In this document: positions 1 to 8,621 of the stretch, one piece after another
Layout: every line of letters begins with the position of its first letter
How positions within the stretch are numbered: the stretch's first letter is position 1
Made by a program: the position numbers and the translations under genes
Source of the DNA: Candidatus Micrarchaeota archaeon
GTDB lineage: Archaea; Micrarchaeota; Micrarchaeia; Anstonellales; Bilamarchaeaceae
Assembly (NCBI GenBank): GCA_038046765.1
Contig: JBBSVN010000007.1
Location: 32,001 to 96,000, forward strand
Length of the DNA: 64,000 nt
Direction of reading: 5' to 3'
The notes under the pieces: model-generated
Told to the model about the DNA's origin: nothing
What the model saw: the letters and a program-made list of their open reading frames with translations, nothing else
Databases searched by the model: none

Positions 1-126
1 CACAGTTTCTTTGGCAACTCTGATTTTTTTACCAAGTTCGCTATAACTGATTCTGGAATTTTTATCAAGTTCACAGAGGATTTTGTAATCTATTAAATCT
101 AGTTTTTCGACTTTTTCTATTGTCAT
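1..126 (-). CDS. Lrp/AsnC family transcriptional regulator, 5' part (runs off window start)
   Basis: Manual translation from ATG at 126: MTIEKVEKLDLIDYKILCELDKNSRISYSELGKKIRVAKETV, typical Lrp/AsnC N-terminal HTH (LDxxDxxILxxLxxNSRxSYxELGK). Not in ORF track. Confidence 0.85.
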   Translation of the reverse strand, partial: MTIEKVEKLDLIDYKILCELDKNSRISYSELGKKIRVAKETV

Positions 127-247
127 ATTTACTATTTATTATAAAATTAATTAAAAAGCTTTCTCTTTTTGTAAAAAGTTAATAAAAATATTAATATATA
201 AGTTAATTCATTAGATAACACAGAAAGAAACTATTAAGGTGAAAAAT

Positions 248-706
248 ATGAAATTACTATGTTTTCATGCAAAAGAATTTAGGGCAAAAGTTTTTGATAA
301 TAAAACTGTTGGTCAGCAAAGGCGAGCCGAAGCAAGGTTAAGAAAAAGATTAACAGGTGTACTACCTAAACTGGAAGAAAATCGGAGAGAAGTAAAGCTT
401 GAAAATACCATCGTTTCTTTAGTTTGTGTTGAAAAGTCCGACCCTTCACCAAGGATTTGGGATGCACGTGATTTTATCCTGCACGTTAAAGAAAATGTAG
501 GTGCTAGTAGCGTTGTTATCGTACCATTTGGCCATCTAAGTGCTGAGCCTGCAATTCCAATAATGGCAAAAGAAATTATTCATCTTTTGCTAAAGTTTGT
601 AAGGGATATTGAACCAAGCGCTGTTGATGTAATTTTTGGGTATGACAAATCGTTATTACTAGATGTTCCATGCCACCCATTCAATGCACGCTTCGCTTCT
701 TTTTAA
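248..706 (+). CDS. Stand-alone archaeal-type threonyl-tRNA synthetase editing domain (DTD-like fold)
   Basis: MKLLCFHA..., VCVEKSD, VIVPFGHLS and FGYDK...CHP match the archaeal ThrRS N-terminal editing domain motifs (VEKxD, YPYAHLS, FGWYK..GHP). GGTGA SD at 238-242 favours ATG 248. Confidence 0.8.
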   Translation: MKLLCFHAKEFRAKVFDNKTVGQQRRAEARLRKRLTGVLPKLEENRREVKLENTIVSLVCVEKSDPSPRIWDARDFILHVKENVGASSVVIVPFGHLSAEPAIPIMAKEIIHLLLKFVRDIEPSAVDVIFGYDKSLLLDVPCHPFNARFASF

Positions 707-710
707 TTTT

Positions 711-1064
711 TTATTTTTGCATTTTCGGCTTCATTTCCTTTAGTACAAGTTTTGTTAATTCTACATCTCCACCTGATATCCATGTAGTTCCCTTATCCTT
801 TGCAAATTCTTTTGCGATTTGTTCAACTGTTTTATTATATCCTTTCTTGGCTTCAGATGAATACGGGTTGTCAGAGTTACCGAATTTCCCGTTTGCAAAC
901 TTTTGATTTAGTTCATGAATTCTTGTTAAAAATCCCTCGGCTTTTTTGTTGTTTCCTGTAATATTTGTTACCTTTTGCATAAATTCGCTACTAAGGTTGT
1001 AAATCTTCATTATTTCTTGAACTTTTTGAGCTTCTTTTGGATCTTTGGCATAAGCTTCAACCAT
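711..1064 (-). CDS. hypothetical protein
   Basis: ORF with GGTGA SD before ATG 1064; no recognisable motif. Confidence 0.6.
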   Translation of the reverse strand: MVEAYAKDPKEAQKVQEIMKIYNLSSEFMQKVTNITGNNKKAEGFLTRIHELNQKFANGKFGNSDNPYSSEAKKGYNKTVEQIAKEFAKDKGTTWISGGDVELTKLVLKEMKPKMQK

Positions 1065-1179
1065 TAAAATCACCTACTTGTACAAACCAGCTAAAATATA
1101 AAAATCCAGTGAATGCGTTCATTACCAAAACTGGTGGGATATGCAAACCTAAATAATTCCTATTAATAATAATTAATTT

Positions 1180-1539
1180 ATGGTACATAAAAGGATATTT
1201 CCTTTGCATAGGCTTAGGACACTAAGATCTGATGCTAGTCCGGTCAATAAGTTACATGAGCCTAAACTAGATGTTTTACCTAAACATTCAATTAGTTTAT
1301 TTCTTGAGCAAACAGAACTTGGAATATCGGGGGAATGTTTAGACCATACTGTTATCTGGCACCCTATGCGAGGGTTTGAAATATACTACGAAAACTTTGA
1401 TAAAATTTCTGTTTTAAGACAAACTGATATCATAAAAATGTTCAAACAGGATATTAAAGAAGCCTGTACCAAAAATCTATCCCTTAAGGAATTAATACTA
1501 AAATATTCGCATATCTTTGAATTTGATTCAATCATCTAA
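1180..1539 (+). CDS. hypothetical protein
   Basis: 119-aa ORF filling the gap, convergent with and abutting ftsY. Confidence 0.5.
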   Translation: MVHKRIFPLHRLRTLRSDASPVNKLHEPKLDVLPKHSISLFLEQTELGISGECLDHTVIWHPMRGFEIYYENFDKISVLRQTDIIKMFKQDIKEACTKNLSLKELILKYSHIFEFDSII

Positions 1540-2997
1540 CTATTGCATAATCCCATCAACAATTTTAATTGGGTCAAATTTTTCTAATTGTTCATATCCT
1601 TGTCCAACTCCGACATAAACAACTGGAACTCCGGTAACCTTCGCAATTGACAGTACACTTCCGCCCTTAGGGTCGCAATCTAATTTTGTTAAAATTATCC
1701 CATCGATACCAATTTCCTTGTTAAATTCTTCAACCTGATTAACAATTGCGCTTCCCGCAATGCTTTCACCAATGTAAAATTTAATATCTGGGGCTATTAC
1801 TCTATTTATCTTTTTTAGTTCGTTAACTAAACTTAAATCAGTTTCTTGTCTTCCAGCTGTGTCAATTAAGACTACATCTATTTTATGCGCTTTAGCATAA
1901 TTTACTGCGTCATAAGATACTGAAGTTGGGTCGCTGCCATAAGGGCGTTTTACGATTGGTACATTCAAACGCTCTGCATGAATTGCCAATTGCTCAATTG
2001 CAGCAGCTCTAAAAGTGTCGCTTGCCGCAAATACAACTTTGTAATTATTTTTTAGTAGCATACTCGCAATCTTTGCAATCGTCGTTGTTTTACCGCTTCC
2101 GTTAATTCCAAAGAACATTATTTTTACTGGTTTATTTAAAGACGAGACTTTTTCTAGAATGTCAAAAGATTTTTCACTTGACATCAGATCGATAAGCGTT
2201 TCTTTTATCGAGTTTTTTACAAATTCATTTATGTTTGTACGCTTGATTTTTGAGCCAGTTAATTTTTTCTCAAGCTCTTGTTTTATCTGCTCGGCAACTT
2301 CGATTGAAACATCACTTTCAAGCATTTCTAATTCAAGTTTGTCTAGTAAATCAATAATCTCGCTCCGGTTAATTTCTATTTCTCCGCTAACTAATCCTGC
2401 TAGCTGCTTTATAATTCCTACTTTTACTTCTTTTTTCGTATCCTTTGATTCTTTAAGTAACTCTACTTTTTTTGGTGGTTGCGGTTTTGCGACTGGTGGA
2501 ATTATTTCTTTAATAAGCTCGACTTTAGGTGAAGTCATTCTTTCTGGTGTTTTTGTTTCGCTTTTAAGTTCTACTTTGGTTTCTTCTATCTTTGTAATTT
2601 TCGTGATCTTTTCTTCCTTGATTTCCTCCTTAATCATTTCTTTTTGTTTTGGTTGCGCGGGTACTTCTTTTGGAGTTTCTTTGATTGATTCTTTTATTGA
2701 TTTCTTTGGTTTAGTTTCTTTCTCTTCTTTTTGTTTTTTTGGAGTTTCCTTTTTAGTAACAGGCAATGTTTCTTCTATCTTTGCAGGTTTCTTGTATTCA
2801 ACCTTTTCTTCAAGAGGTTTATCTTCCTCTATTTTCTGTGCAACTACTTCGAATTCTTCCCTTTCGATTATTTCTTTTGCTGTTTCTATCTTCTCTTCAT
2901 TTGGTTCTATTTCGGGCTCTTTAACCTCTACCTTTTCCTCTTTCTTAGTTATAGACTCGACAAAATTAGTAATTTTTTTCTTTAGGAAATCAAACAT
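1540..2997 (-). CDS. ftsY: Signal recognition particle receptor FtsY with long K/E-rich N-terminal region
   Basis: GINGSGKTTT, DTFRAAAIEQL, DTAGR, TKLD and GVGQ SRP-GTPase motifs; last gene of the conserved archaeal operon. Confidence 0.97.
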   Translation of the reverse strand: MFDFLKKKITNFVESITKKEEKVEVKEPEIEPNEEKIETAKEIIEREEFEVVAQKIEEDKPLEEKVEYKKPAKIEETLPVTKKETPKKQKEEKETKPKKSIKESIKETPKEVPAQPKQKEMIKEEIKEEKITKITKIEETKVELKSETKTPERMTSPKVELIKEIIPPVAKPQPPKKVELLKESKDTKKEVKVGIIKQLAGLVSGEIEINRSEIIDLLDKLELEMLESDVSIEVAEQIKQELEKKLTGSKIKRTNINEFVKNSIKETLIDLMSSEKSFDILEKVSSLNKPVKIMFFGINGSGKTTTIAKIASMLLKNNYKVVFAASDTFRAAAIEQLAIHAERLNVPIVKRPYGSDPTSVSYDAVNYAKAHKIDVVLIDTAGRQETDLSLVNELKKINRVIAPDIKFYIGESIAGSAIVNQVEEFNKEIGIDGIILTKLDCDPKGGSVLSIAKVTGVPVVYVGVGQGYEQLEKFDPIKIVDGIMQ

Positions 2998-3002
2998 AAG
3001 TA

Positions 3003-3359
3003 TCAACTTAGGATATTTTCTTTACTAATATTCTCCCGTTTATCTTTGCTCTTTTTGTTAATCTTTTTAGTTTGGTCTGGTAGTTTATGTGCCAATATTA
3101 GTAAAACTAACAAAACTACTCCAATATAAACTAATTGAGTTCGCGCTCCAGAGCATAAACAGTTTATTGTTAAAACCCAATTACCTGGATTATTAGTAAC
3201 TGTTTTGCAGTAATTCGAAAAATCAAGATCGCAATTATACCAAAGAGCAGGACCAGAAATCATTATTGTATTTAGTATAAATGGTAAAAACATTATCAAA
3301 ATTAAATCAACAATAAAAAGAAATAATAAAATCTTTTTCAAAGCCTTTTTCCATTCCAT
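3003..3359 (-). CDS. hypothetical two-TM membrane protein
   Basis: Two hydrophobic segments flanking a Cys-containing loop, followed by a basic tail. Confidence 0.6.
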   Translation of the reverse strand: MEWKKALKKILLFLFIVDLILIMFLPFILNTIMISGPALWYNCDLDFSNYCKTVTNNPGNWVLTINCLCSGARTQLVYIGVVLLVLLILAHKLPDQTKKINKKSKDKRENISKENILS

Positions 3360-3408
3360 ATTTTCACAGTTGCTCTTTGCTACAAGCCACCGGCTACTTG
3401 GCTAGAAA

Positions 3409-3846
3409 TTAAAGATACCCTTCAGGAAGTTGTTCTTCTGTTTCTCTTTGATTTCCTGTTGCTTTTCTTATTTGAACTCCGGTTTGCTGCAACTTTCTTG
3501 CGATTTTTTCAAATTCAATGTTCATCTTTTCAAGAGCTCTTTTTGTTGCTTCTGCCCTTTTACTTACTTCTGTTGCAGCAGCTTCCTTAGTCATCTCTTT
3601 TAGATATCCTGCTCCGATAGGTACAATTACGTTTGAAGTTGTCACTTTCGATTTTAGAAATACTCCTCCTCCGATTGGTGAAAGTATCTCGTCAGTTTTT
3701 ATATTTTCTACTGTTTTTGATGCGTTTAACAGGTCGATGGCAGTAAGATTTATTCTTTCTATTTCTCTTTCCAATAGTCTAAGCTGTTCTCTATAAACTG
3801 AAATTTCGTAAGATAGTTTTGCGTTTGCCTGTTTATTTTCCTCCAT
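3409..3846 (-). CDS. pfdA: Prefoldin subunit alpha
   Basis: Coiled coils flanking EILSPIGGGVF...VIVPIGAGY hairpins; canonical position upstream of ftsY. Confidence 0.93.
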   Translation of the reverse strand: MEENKQANAKLSYEISVYREQLRLLEREIERINLTAIDLLNASKTVENIKTDEILSPIGGGVFLKSKVTTSNVIVPIGAGYLKEMTKEAAATEVSKRAEATKRALEKMNIEFEKIARKLQQTGVQIRKATGNQRETEEQLPEGYL

Positions 3847-3893
3847 TTTATCAACCTTTCTACGCATTCTTGTATATTAAATTTACTATTAAA

Positions 3894-4067
3894 TTAAATT
3901 TTCTTTACCTGGTCTATTTGTACGTGTGACTTTTTTAAACCATTGTTGGAACCGAATTCTGCAAACGTAATATTTTTTGCATGGTTTTCACTTTCTGCTT
4001 CTATTTCTTTTACAAATGTTCTTTTTGTTCCTTCTATGGTTATTGTTCCAGAAACGTTAAATTTCAT
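3894..4067 (-). CDS. rpl18a: 50S ribosomal protein L18Ae/LX (eL20)
   Basis: Manual translation MKFNVSGTITIEGTKRTFVKEIEAESENHAKNITFAEFGSNNGLKKSHVQIDQVKKI (57 aa, below the ORF-track cutoff); GAGGTG SD; syntenic between aIF6 and pfdA. Confidence 0.9.
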   Translation of the reverse strand: MKFNVSGTITIEGTKRTFVKEIEAESENHAKNITFAEFGSNNGLKKSHVQIDQVKKI

Positions 4068-4110
4068 TATTCACACCTCTTTTTTTTTAATGCTTGTTAC
4101 ATAAGTATTA

Positions 4111-4773
4111 TTATTTAACAAAACCGAATGATGCTTCTATATTTCCTAATTCAAATGCAGTTGTTTTTTCTCCTGCAATATATCCATGGTTATTTACTAT
4201 TGCGCCAAGTGGTATAAATCCGGTACCAAAGTTTACGCTTCCTCTATTTCCTTTGGTTTTAAGCGCGTCTTCGATTATTTTCATTTCTTCATCGGTTGTA
4301 TTAAAATGGGTTAAAAATCCCTTATTCGTTGCGAGGCATGCACTTCCAACTGTGCTATAACCTGATGCAAGCGCTCCGACAAGTTCTATTCCAAGGGCAT
4401 CCTCCATTTTTTTCTTTTCATGATTTGGGACGTATGGATTTATTATCCCGCCCTTATCGTTAGCAACGATGTTGTTTCCGTGAGCATTTCTGTTTTCACT
4501 AGAAACGCAGATGTTTAATCCAGTTTTTTTAATATCTTTTAGTTCTTCTTCATGTACAAACGAAGGAAGTATAATTCCGTTTGAATTCATCGAAGTATAT
4601 ATACCTAAAATGTTTGAGCCGTTTATAAGTGCCTTATGTACTTCTACTTTTAAGTTTTCGGCTATAATCTGCTCAAATTTTTCATTTGCATCTTTTGGTA
4701 TTAATGCAATCTTGTCATTTGTCTTAGCGTAAATTCCTATCCAAGGGTTACCAAAGTATGTACATAGTTTCAT
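4111..4773 (-). CDS. eif6: Translation initiation factor 6 (aIF6)
   Basis: GNPWIGIY, GNNIVANDKG, TVGSACLATNKG, GSVNFG and TTAFEL motifs; synteny. Confidence 0.96.
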   Translation of the reverse strand: MKLCTYFGNPWIGIYAKTNDKIALIPKDANEKFEQIIAENLKVEVHKALINGSNILGIYTSMNSNGIILPSFVHEEELKDIKKTGLNICVSSENRNAHGNNIVANDKGGIINPYVPNHEKKKMEDALGIELVGALASGYSTVGSACLATNKGFLTHFNTTDEEMKIIEDALKTKGNRGSVNFGTGFIPLGAIVNNHGYIAGEKTTAFELGNIEASFGFVK

Positions 4774-4783
4774 GTTAGACCTA

Positions 4784-5245
4784 TTACTTTTTACTAGTTT
4801 TTTCTTTTGATTTTTGTTTTGCGTCTTTTGGAGTTTCTGTTTTTGCCTCTCTTTTAACTTCTATTTTTTCAGTAGTTGTTTGAGTTTTTGCAGTTACTTT
4901 TTCTTCCTTTTTAGTATCTGCTTCTTTAACTTCAACTTTGGTTTCTGTTTTTGTATCTGCTTTCTTTACTTCTGCAACTAGCTTTTCATCAGCTAAGTAT
5001 GCCTTTGCTACAATTCCTTCTTTGATTACTCTTATTTTTGCCTTTCTTGGTGGTTTTTCTATTCCTCTTTGCCACAGGAAATTATTTAGGGCATTACTTA
5101 TTCTAACATTTTTCGCATCAACTTTTGCGTGTCTTGTCAAGAATTTTTCGAGTATCGAAACGGCTCTTTTAGCCCTTTTTGTTCTTATATATTCATAAGC
5201 CTTGTTTAGAGGTACAGTATAAAATCTTTCAAATTTGTCTGCCAT
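4784..5245 (-). CDS. rpl31e: 50S ribosomal protein L31e with K/E/T-rich C-terminal extension
   Basis: ERFYTVPL...RAKRAV...LNNFLWQRGIEKPPRK. Confidence 0.95.
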   Translation of the reverse strand: MADKFERFYTVPLNKAYEYIRTKRAKRAVSILEKFLTRHAKVDAKNVRISNALNNFLWQRGIEKPPRKAKIRVIKEGIVAKAYLADEKLVAEVKKADTKTETKVEVKEADTKKEEKVTAKTQTTTEKIEVKREAKTETPKDAKQKSKEKTSKK

Positions 5246-5263
5246 GTTTTTTCACCATAAAAA

Positions 5264-5425
5264 TTATTCATCTTTTATTCTTAATTTGTCAGTTCTCCAG
5301 GTTCTTTTTATCCTGTTAAAGCCTACTTTCCTCTTTGTTCTTATGGTAACAAAAAGAGGTAATCTTCTGTTTTGCCTTTCTGCTTTTGCAAGCTTTGATT
5401 TTTTGATTAGTGTTTTATTACCCAT
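5264..5425 (-). CDS. rpl39e: 50S ribosomal protein L39e
   Basis: KKSKLAKAERQNRRLPLFV...RTWR; start placed at ATG 5425. Confidence 0.93.
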   Translation of the reverse strand: MGNKTLIKKSKLAKAERQNRRLPLFVTIRTKRKVGFNRIKRTWRTDKLRIKDE

Positions 5426-5444
5426 AACCATTACCTCGAAAATA

Positions 5445-5753
5445 TTATTTTCTTTCAAACGTTATTTGTGTTTTTTTCTCATTTTGTTGTTTTATTGCCC
5501 CAAGCACATAAAGAAGTTCACTTTCAGTTATCTTTCTTCTTAATTTGCTGTATGCCGAAATTATATTCTGTGCTGTTGCAAGGAATAATTCCTCGTTAAC
5601 GATTTTAACATTCATTATCCTTTCATATGCCTTTTCATCTAAGGCAATACGTAAAGTTGCCTTGATCTGTCCCTGAGCTTTTTTCGCTTCATTGGCCTTT
5701 TTTTGTTCTTCTAATTTTCTTCTTCTAATCTTATCTACGTTTTCTTCGTCCAT
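5445..5753 (-). CDS. PDCD5-family DNA-binding protein
   Basis: IRRRKLEE...LDEKAYERI...KITESEL...ITFERK; position between S19e and L39e. Confidence 0.88.
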   Translation of the reverse strand: MDEENVDKIRRRKLEEQKKANEAKKAQGQIKATLRIALDEKAYERIMNVKIVNEELFLATAQNIISAYSKLRRKITESELLYVLGAIKQQNEKKTQITFERK

Positions 5754-5754
5754 A

Positions 5755-6213
5755 TCAACCAACGCGCACTTCTTTTGCAACGCTGTCTAATAATTTTCTT
5801 CCTTTAGCAGTAAGTTTTCTTCCTGAATATAAAAGTACTTCTTTTCCATTCTTGTTTTTAATTTTTCTTTCTCCTGTTTTTTCTAGTAATTGTGCTTTTT
5901 CAAGTTCCTGCATTGCCTTTCTTATTGTTGAACCACCTGCTCTGACGGTTCTTTCTGGCCTTCGGCCCCTTTTCTTTTTTCCACCATAGTGGGTTCGTAA
6001 TCTGTTCGTTCCAATTGAAGTTCTTACGTATGCCTGATGTAATAATGATGCACACCTAAAAAACCAGAAGTTTTCGTCTGCAGGTGGCCTTTGCTTTGCT
6101 GGGCCTGTTTTAACTATTCCAACGAATTCAGGTTTACTTAGTTTCATTTCTTTTAGCTTTTCTGCTGTTTTGCTAATTAATTTATTAGTTTCTACATCTA
6201 ATGCACTTACCAA
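5755..6213 (-). CDS. rps19e: 30S ribosomal protein S19e
   Basis: VKTGPAKQRPP..WFFRCASLL..YGG..IRKAMQELE..GRKLT; likely TTG start after GGTGA. Confidence 0.96.
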   Translation of the reverse strand: MVSALDVETNKLISKTAEKLKEMKLSKPEFVGIVKTGPAKQRPPADENFWFFRCASLLHQAYVRTSIGTNRLRTHYGGKKKRGRRPERTVRAGGSTIRKAMQELEKAQLLEKTGERKIKNKNGKEVLLYSGRKLTAKGRKLLDSVAKEVRVG

Positions 6214-6461
6214 TGTTATCACCAATTATATTCTTTCTAAATTTTGCAACTCGGGTTTATCCTCTAAATATGAAGCTATATATTATCTTACTAATAACAT
6301 ATTATTACTAAAAGTAATCAAAATTCACATTTATCACTAACCTTAGGACTTCTAGATATATAAAAAACGTTATTTAAATATTTGCTTTCTACCATATATA
6401 GTAACCTGGTCTATATTAAAATCTTTTATTTATGAATTAACAATATTTTTGTGTGAAACCT

Positions 6462-7112
6462 ATGAAAAAACTATTTTCTGGAGTATATAATATCAATGGC
6501 TTTATCGCTACCTTAAACGCAGTACGAGGTAAAAGGGTATATAATGAAAAGCTCATGAAAGAAGATGGGCTCGAATATCGGGGCTGGGATCCTTTTAGAA
6601 GCAAACTTTGTGCAGCAATCAAAAAAGGACTAAAAAATTTTCCAATCGATTCGAAAAGTAAAATTATGTATCTTGGTGCTTCAACTGGAACAACGATCTC
6701 ACATTTAAGCGATATTCTGCTTCAAGGTGAAATATTCGCTGTTGAAATCGCGTCACAATGTATGAAGAATCTATTAGAACTTTCTGAATTACGACCAAAT
6801 ATAATTCCAATCCTAGCTGATGCACGCAGGCCACAAGACTATGTCGAGGCGGGTAAGGTAGATTTGATTTATCAAGATGTCGCGTCTCCGGAACAGGCTC
6901 AAATCCTAATTAAAAATGCGCAGGTTTTTCTTGATACTGGCGGACTTGCTATGGTTGCCATAAAAAGTCAGAGTATCGATGTTACTAAAGAACCTCGGGA
7001 AGTTTTTGAAGCTTTTTTAAATGAAGTATCTGTTTACTTTGAAGTTCTTGAACAATTTGAGCTTGAACCTTTTGACAAGGACCATCTTTTTGTTGTTTTA
7101 AAGAAAAAGTAG
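6462..7112 (+). CDS. flpA: Fibrillarin-like rRNA/tRNA 2'-O-methyltransferase
   Basis: WDPFRSKL, YLGASTGTTISHLSD, NIIPILADAR, YQDVA, LEPFDKDH. Confidence 0.96.
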   Translation: MKKLFSGVYNINGFIATLNAVRGKRVYNEKLMKEDGLEYRGWDPFRSKLCAAIKKGLKNFPIDSKSKIMYLGASTGTTISHLSDILLQGEIFAVEIASQCMKNLLELSELRPNIIPILADARRPQDYVEAGKVDLIYQDVASPEQAQILIKNAQVFLDTGGLAMVAIKSQSIDVTKEPREVFEAFLNEVSVYFEVLEQFELEPFDKDHLFVVLKKK

Positions 7113-7174
7113 TTTTTAGCTTTCTGAGACTTACATTTAAATATACTTAAGCACATTACATATAGGTGTAGAAT

Positions 7175-8053
7175 ATGAAAAAATGCGAATTCCTAGAGCT
7201 TAACTTACCTTCAGGCGTGGATCAAAAACCAGATCTATCACAGGAAAAGATCGATGATTTTCATCTTCCTGATTTTTCTAGAAATATCCCTGTCTCATTT
7301 AAACGGAGGGAAGAAAATGGTAAAATTACAACAGATTACATCTGGGCTAGCCCAAGCGAAGAGAATATAAAAATCAAAAAACTTGTATTATCTGGTTCCT
7401 CTTTATTAGATGGTCTCTATAGGATAAATCTTGAAAAAGAAGTTGAAATATTTACCTTAGATCATAACAAAGAAGCGTATGTGTTTCGTAAAACTATCTT
7501 GACAGTTGCTAATTCTCTTTTAAAAATGCAAGGCAGCTTTGGGGCTTTTTTCGAAACAATTGTTGGTTATATCCAAACAATTCGAGGTAATGTCTACATA
7601 ATAAGTAGATTAATAAAAGGGAGTTTTATCTTTGATCAAATGCTTAATTGTAGTCCAGTTAAATTACTAAAAAAAGAAATGCTTGGTATAATCGAGCGTA
7701 AAAAGCTCTTTCATTTAATATGTGAAAAAATTACTATACTTAATCTTTCTGGTTTGACTATTCCAGATTTTACACTAAATAATGTCGCGCTTACAAACGA
7801 CGATTTATTTATTTGCGATCTAAGGGGTCTTCGGTCAGTTAAGAAAAAGTCTATGTTTGTTGAACAATACAAATCACTTTTGCGATACCTAGTTGCAAAT
7901 GGGTTAGGAGACCGTGCAGATGTTTATGCTGCAACCAGTTATTACTGCGCCGCCGTTCCGCAAGCGTGCGAAGAATGGTATAAAGAAAAAAATAAGAATA
8001 AAAACAAAACAAGTATCTTCGATATAGCACTTAAAATTGAAAATGAAATATAA
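7175..8053 (+). CDS. hypothetical protein, possible degenerate protein-kinase-like (Kdo/WaaP/RIO-like) fold
   Basis: PDFTLNNV...FICDL resembles the HxDLxxxN...IDF catalytic loop; AGGTG SD present. Confidence 0.5.
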   Translation: MKKCEFLELNLPSGVDQKPDLSQEKIDDFHLPDFSRNIPVSFKRREENGKITTDYIWASPSEENIKIKKLVLSGSSLLDGLYRINLEKEVEIFTLDHNKEAYVFRKTILTVANSLLKMQGSFGAFFETIVGYIQTIRGNVYIISRLIKGSFIFDQMLNCSPVKLLKKEMLGIIERKKLFHLICEKITILNLSGLTIPDFTLNNVALTNDDLFICDLRGLRSVKKKSMFVEQYKSLLRYLVANGLGDRADVYAATSYYCAAVPQACEEWYKEKNKNKNKTSIFDIALKIENEI

Positions 8054-8065
8054 ATTGTGGTTATT

Positions 8066-8251
8066 ATGGGTATTGTAAGTTATCAGACTGTTGGGTATGG
8101 CATGATGCTTGCAGGTGGCATAGGGGTTCTAAGTACTTTTGCTCCTTCTACATTTGTTCCATCAATTGCACCTCAAAGCGCTGTTTTTATCGGTAGCATT
8201 GGTATAGCTGGTGTGGGTGGTATGTTAACTGTTCTTGGTGGAAAGTTTTAA
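8066..8251 (+). CDS. small Gly-rich two-TM membrane protein
   Basis: Hydrophobic, Gly-rich 61-aa ORF directly after the previous gene. Confidence 0.6.
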   Translation: MGIVSYQTVGYGMMLAGGIGVLSTFAPSTFVPSIAPQSAVFIGSIGIAGVGGMLTVLGGKF

Positions 8252-8336
8252 CTAATACTTTTTTATAAGTAAGCATATAACAATAATATTCTATTGATAA
8301 CTTAATTTTGAGTTTTCATATAAAAATCTATAAAAA

Positions 8337-8524
8337 GGGTTCATAGCTCAGCTAAGAGTTTTGTGCTAAATAAACAAAATTCTCTGAATTGGATTAGAGC
8401 GATAGCCTTCTAAGCTATAGGCCCGGGGTTCAAATCAGTTCTCAGTCATGCGTTTTGGGTTTTGGATATAATTTTCAAGACTCGAAACTGAAAACAGATA
8501 ACTGTGAATTTCCCCGTGGACCCG
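8337..8524 (+). tRNA. tRNA-Arg(TCT) with two non-canonical introns (8354-8389 in D-loop; 8435-8510 in T-loop at 59/60)
   Basis: Acceptor GGGTTCA/TGGACCC, D-stem GCTC/GAGC, anticodon stem ATAGC/GCTAT with loop CT-TCT-AA, T-stem CGGGG/CCCCG. Both inserts form bulge-helix-bulge motifs. No encoded CCA. Confidence 0.93.
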
Positions 8525-8621
8525 ATTTTTTATTTGCATACAAATAAAAAAAGCTAGTTAATCTTATTTGACTGGATTTTTTATCTATCCTACTTTAATA
8601 TTTTGTTGTCTAATCTTTTTT

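Noticed and set aside
1100..1126. Possible third copy of the leader (AAAATCCAGTGAATGCGTTCATTACC)
   Set aside because: It shares AAAATCCAGT and a short stem but lacks the TTTTCAT arm and the adjacent SD/ATG; may be chance.
2159..3028. 289-aa S/F/I-rich + strand ORF, and similar antisense ORFs throughout (e.g. 38578-39084, 35894-36184, 47671-48018)
   Set aside because: Shadow frames opposite well-supported K/E-rich genes; no motifs or SD.
8441..8500. Third, nested intron inside tRNA intron 2
   Set aside because: There is a 14-bp inner stem and possible TCAG/CTGA or CAGT/ACTG helices, but the flanking bulges are not 3 nt, so no clean BHB can be drawn.
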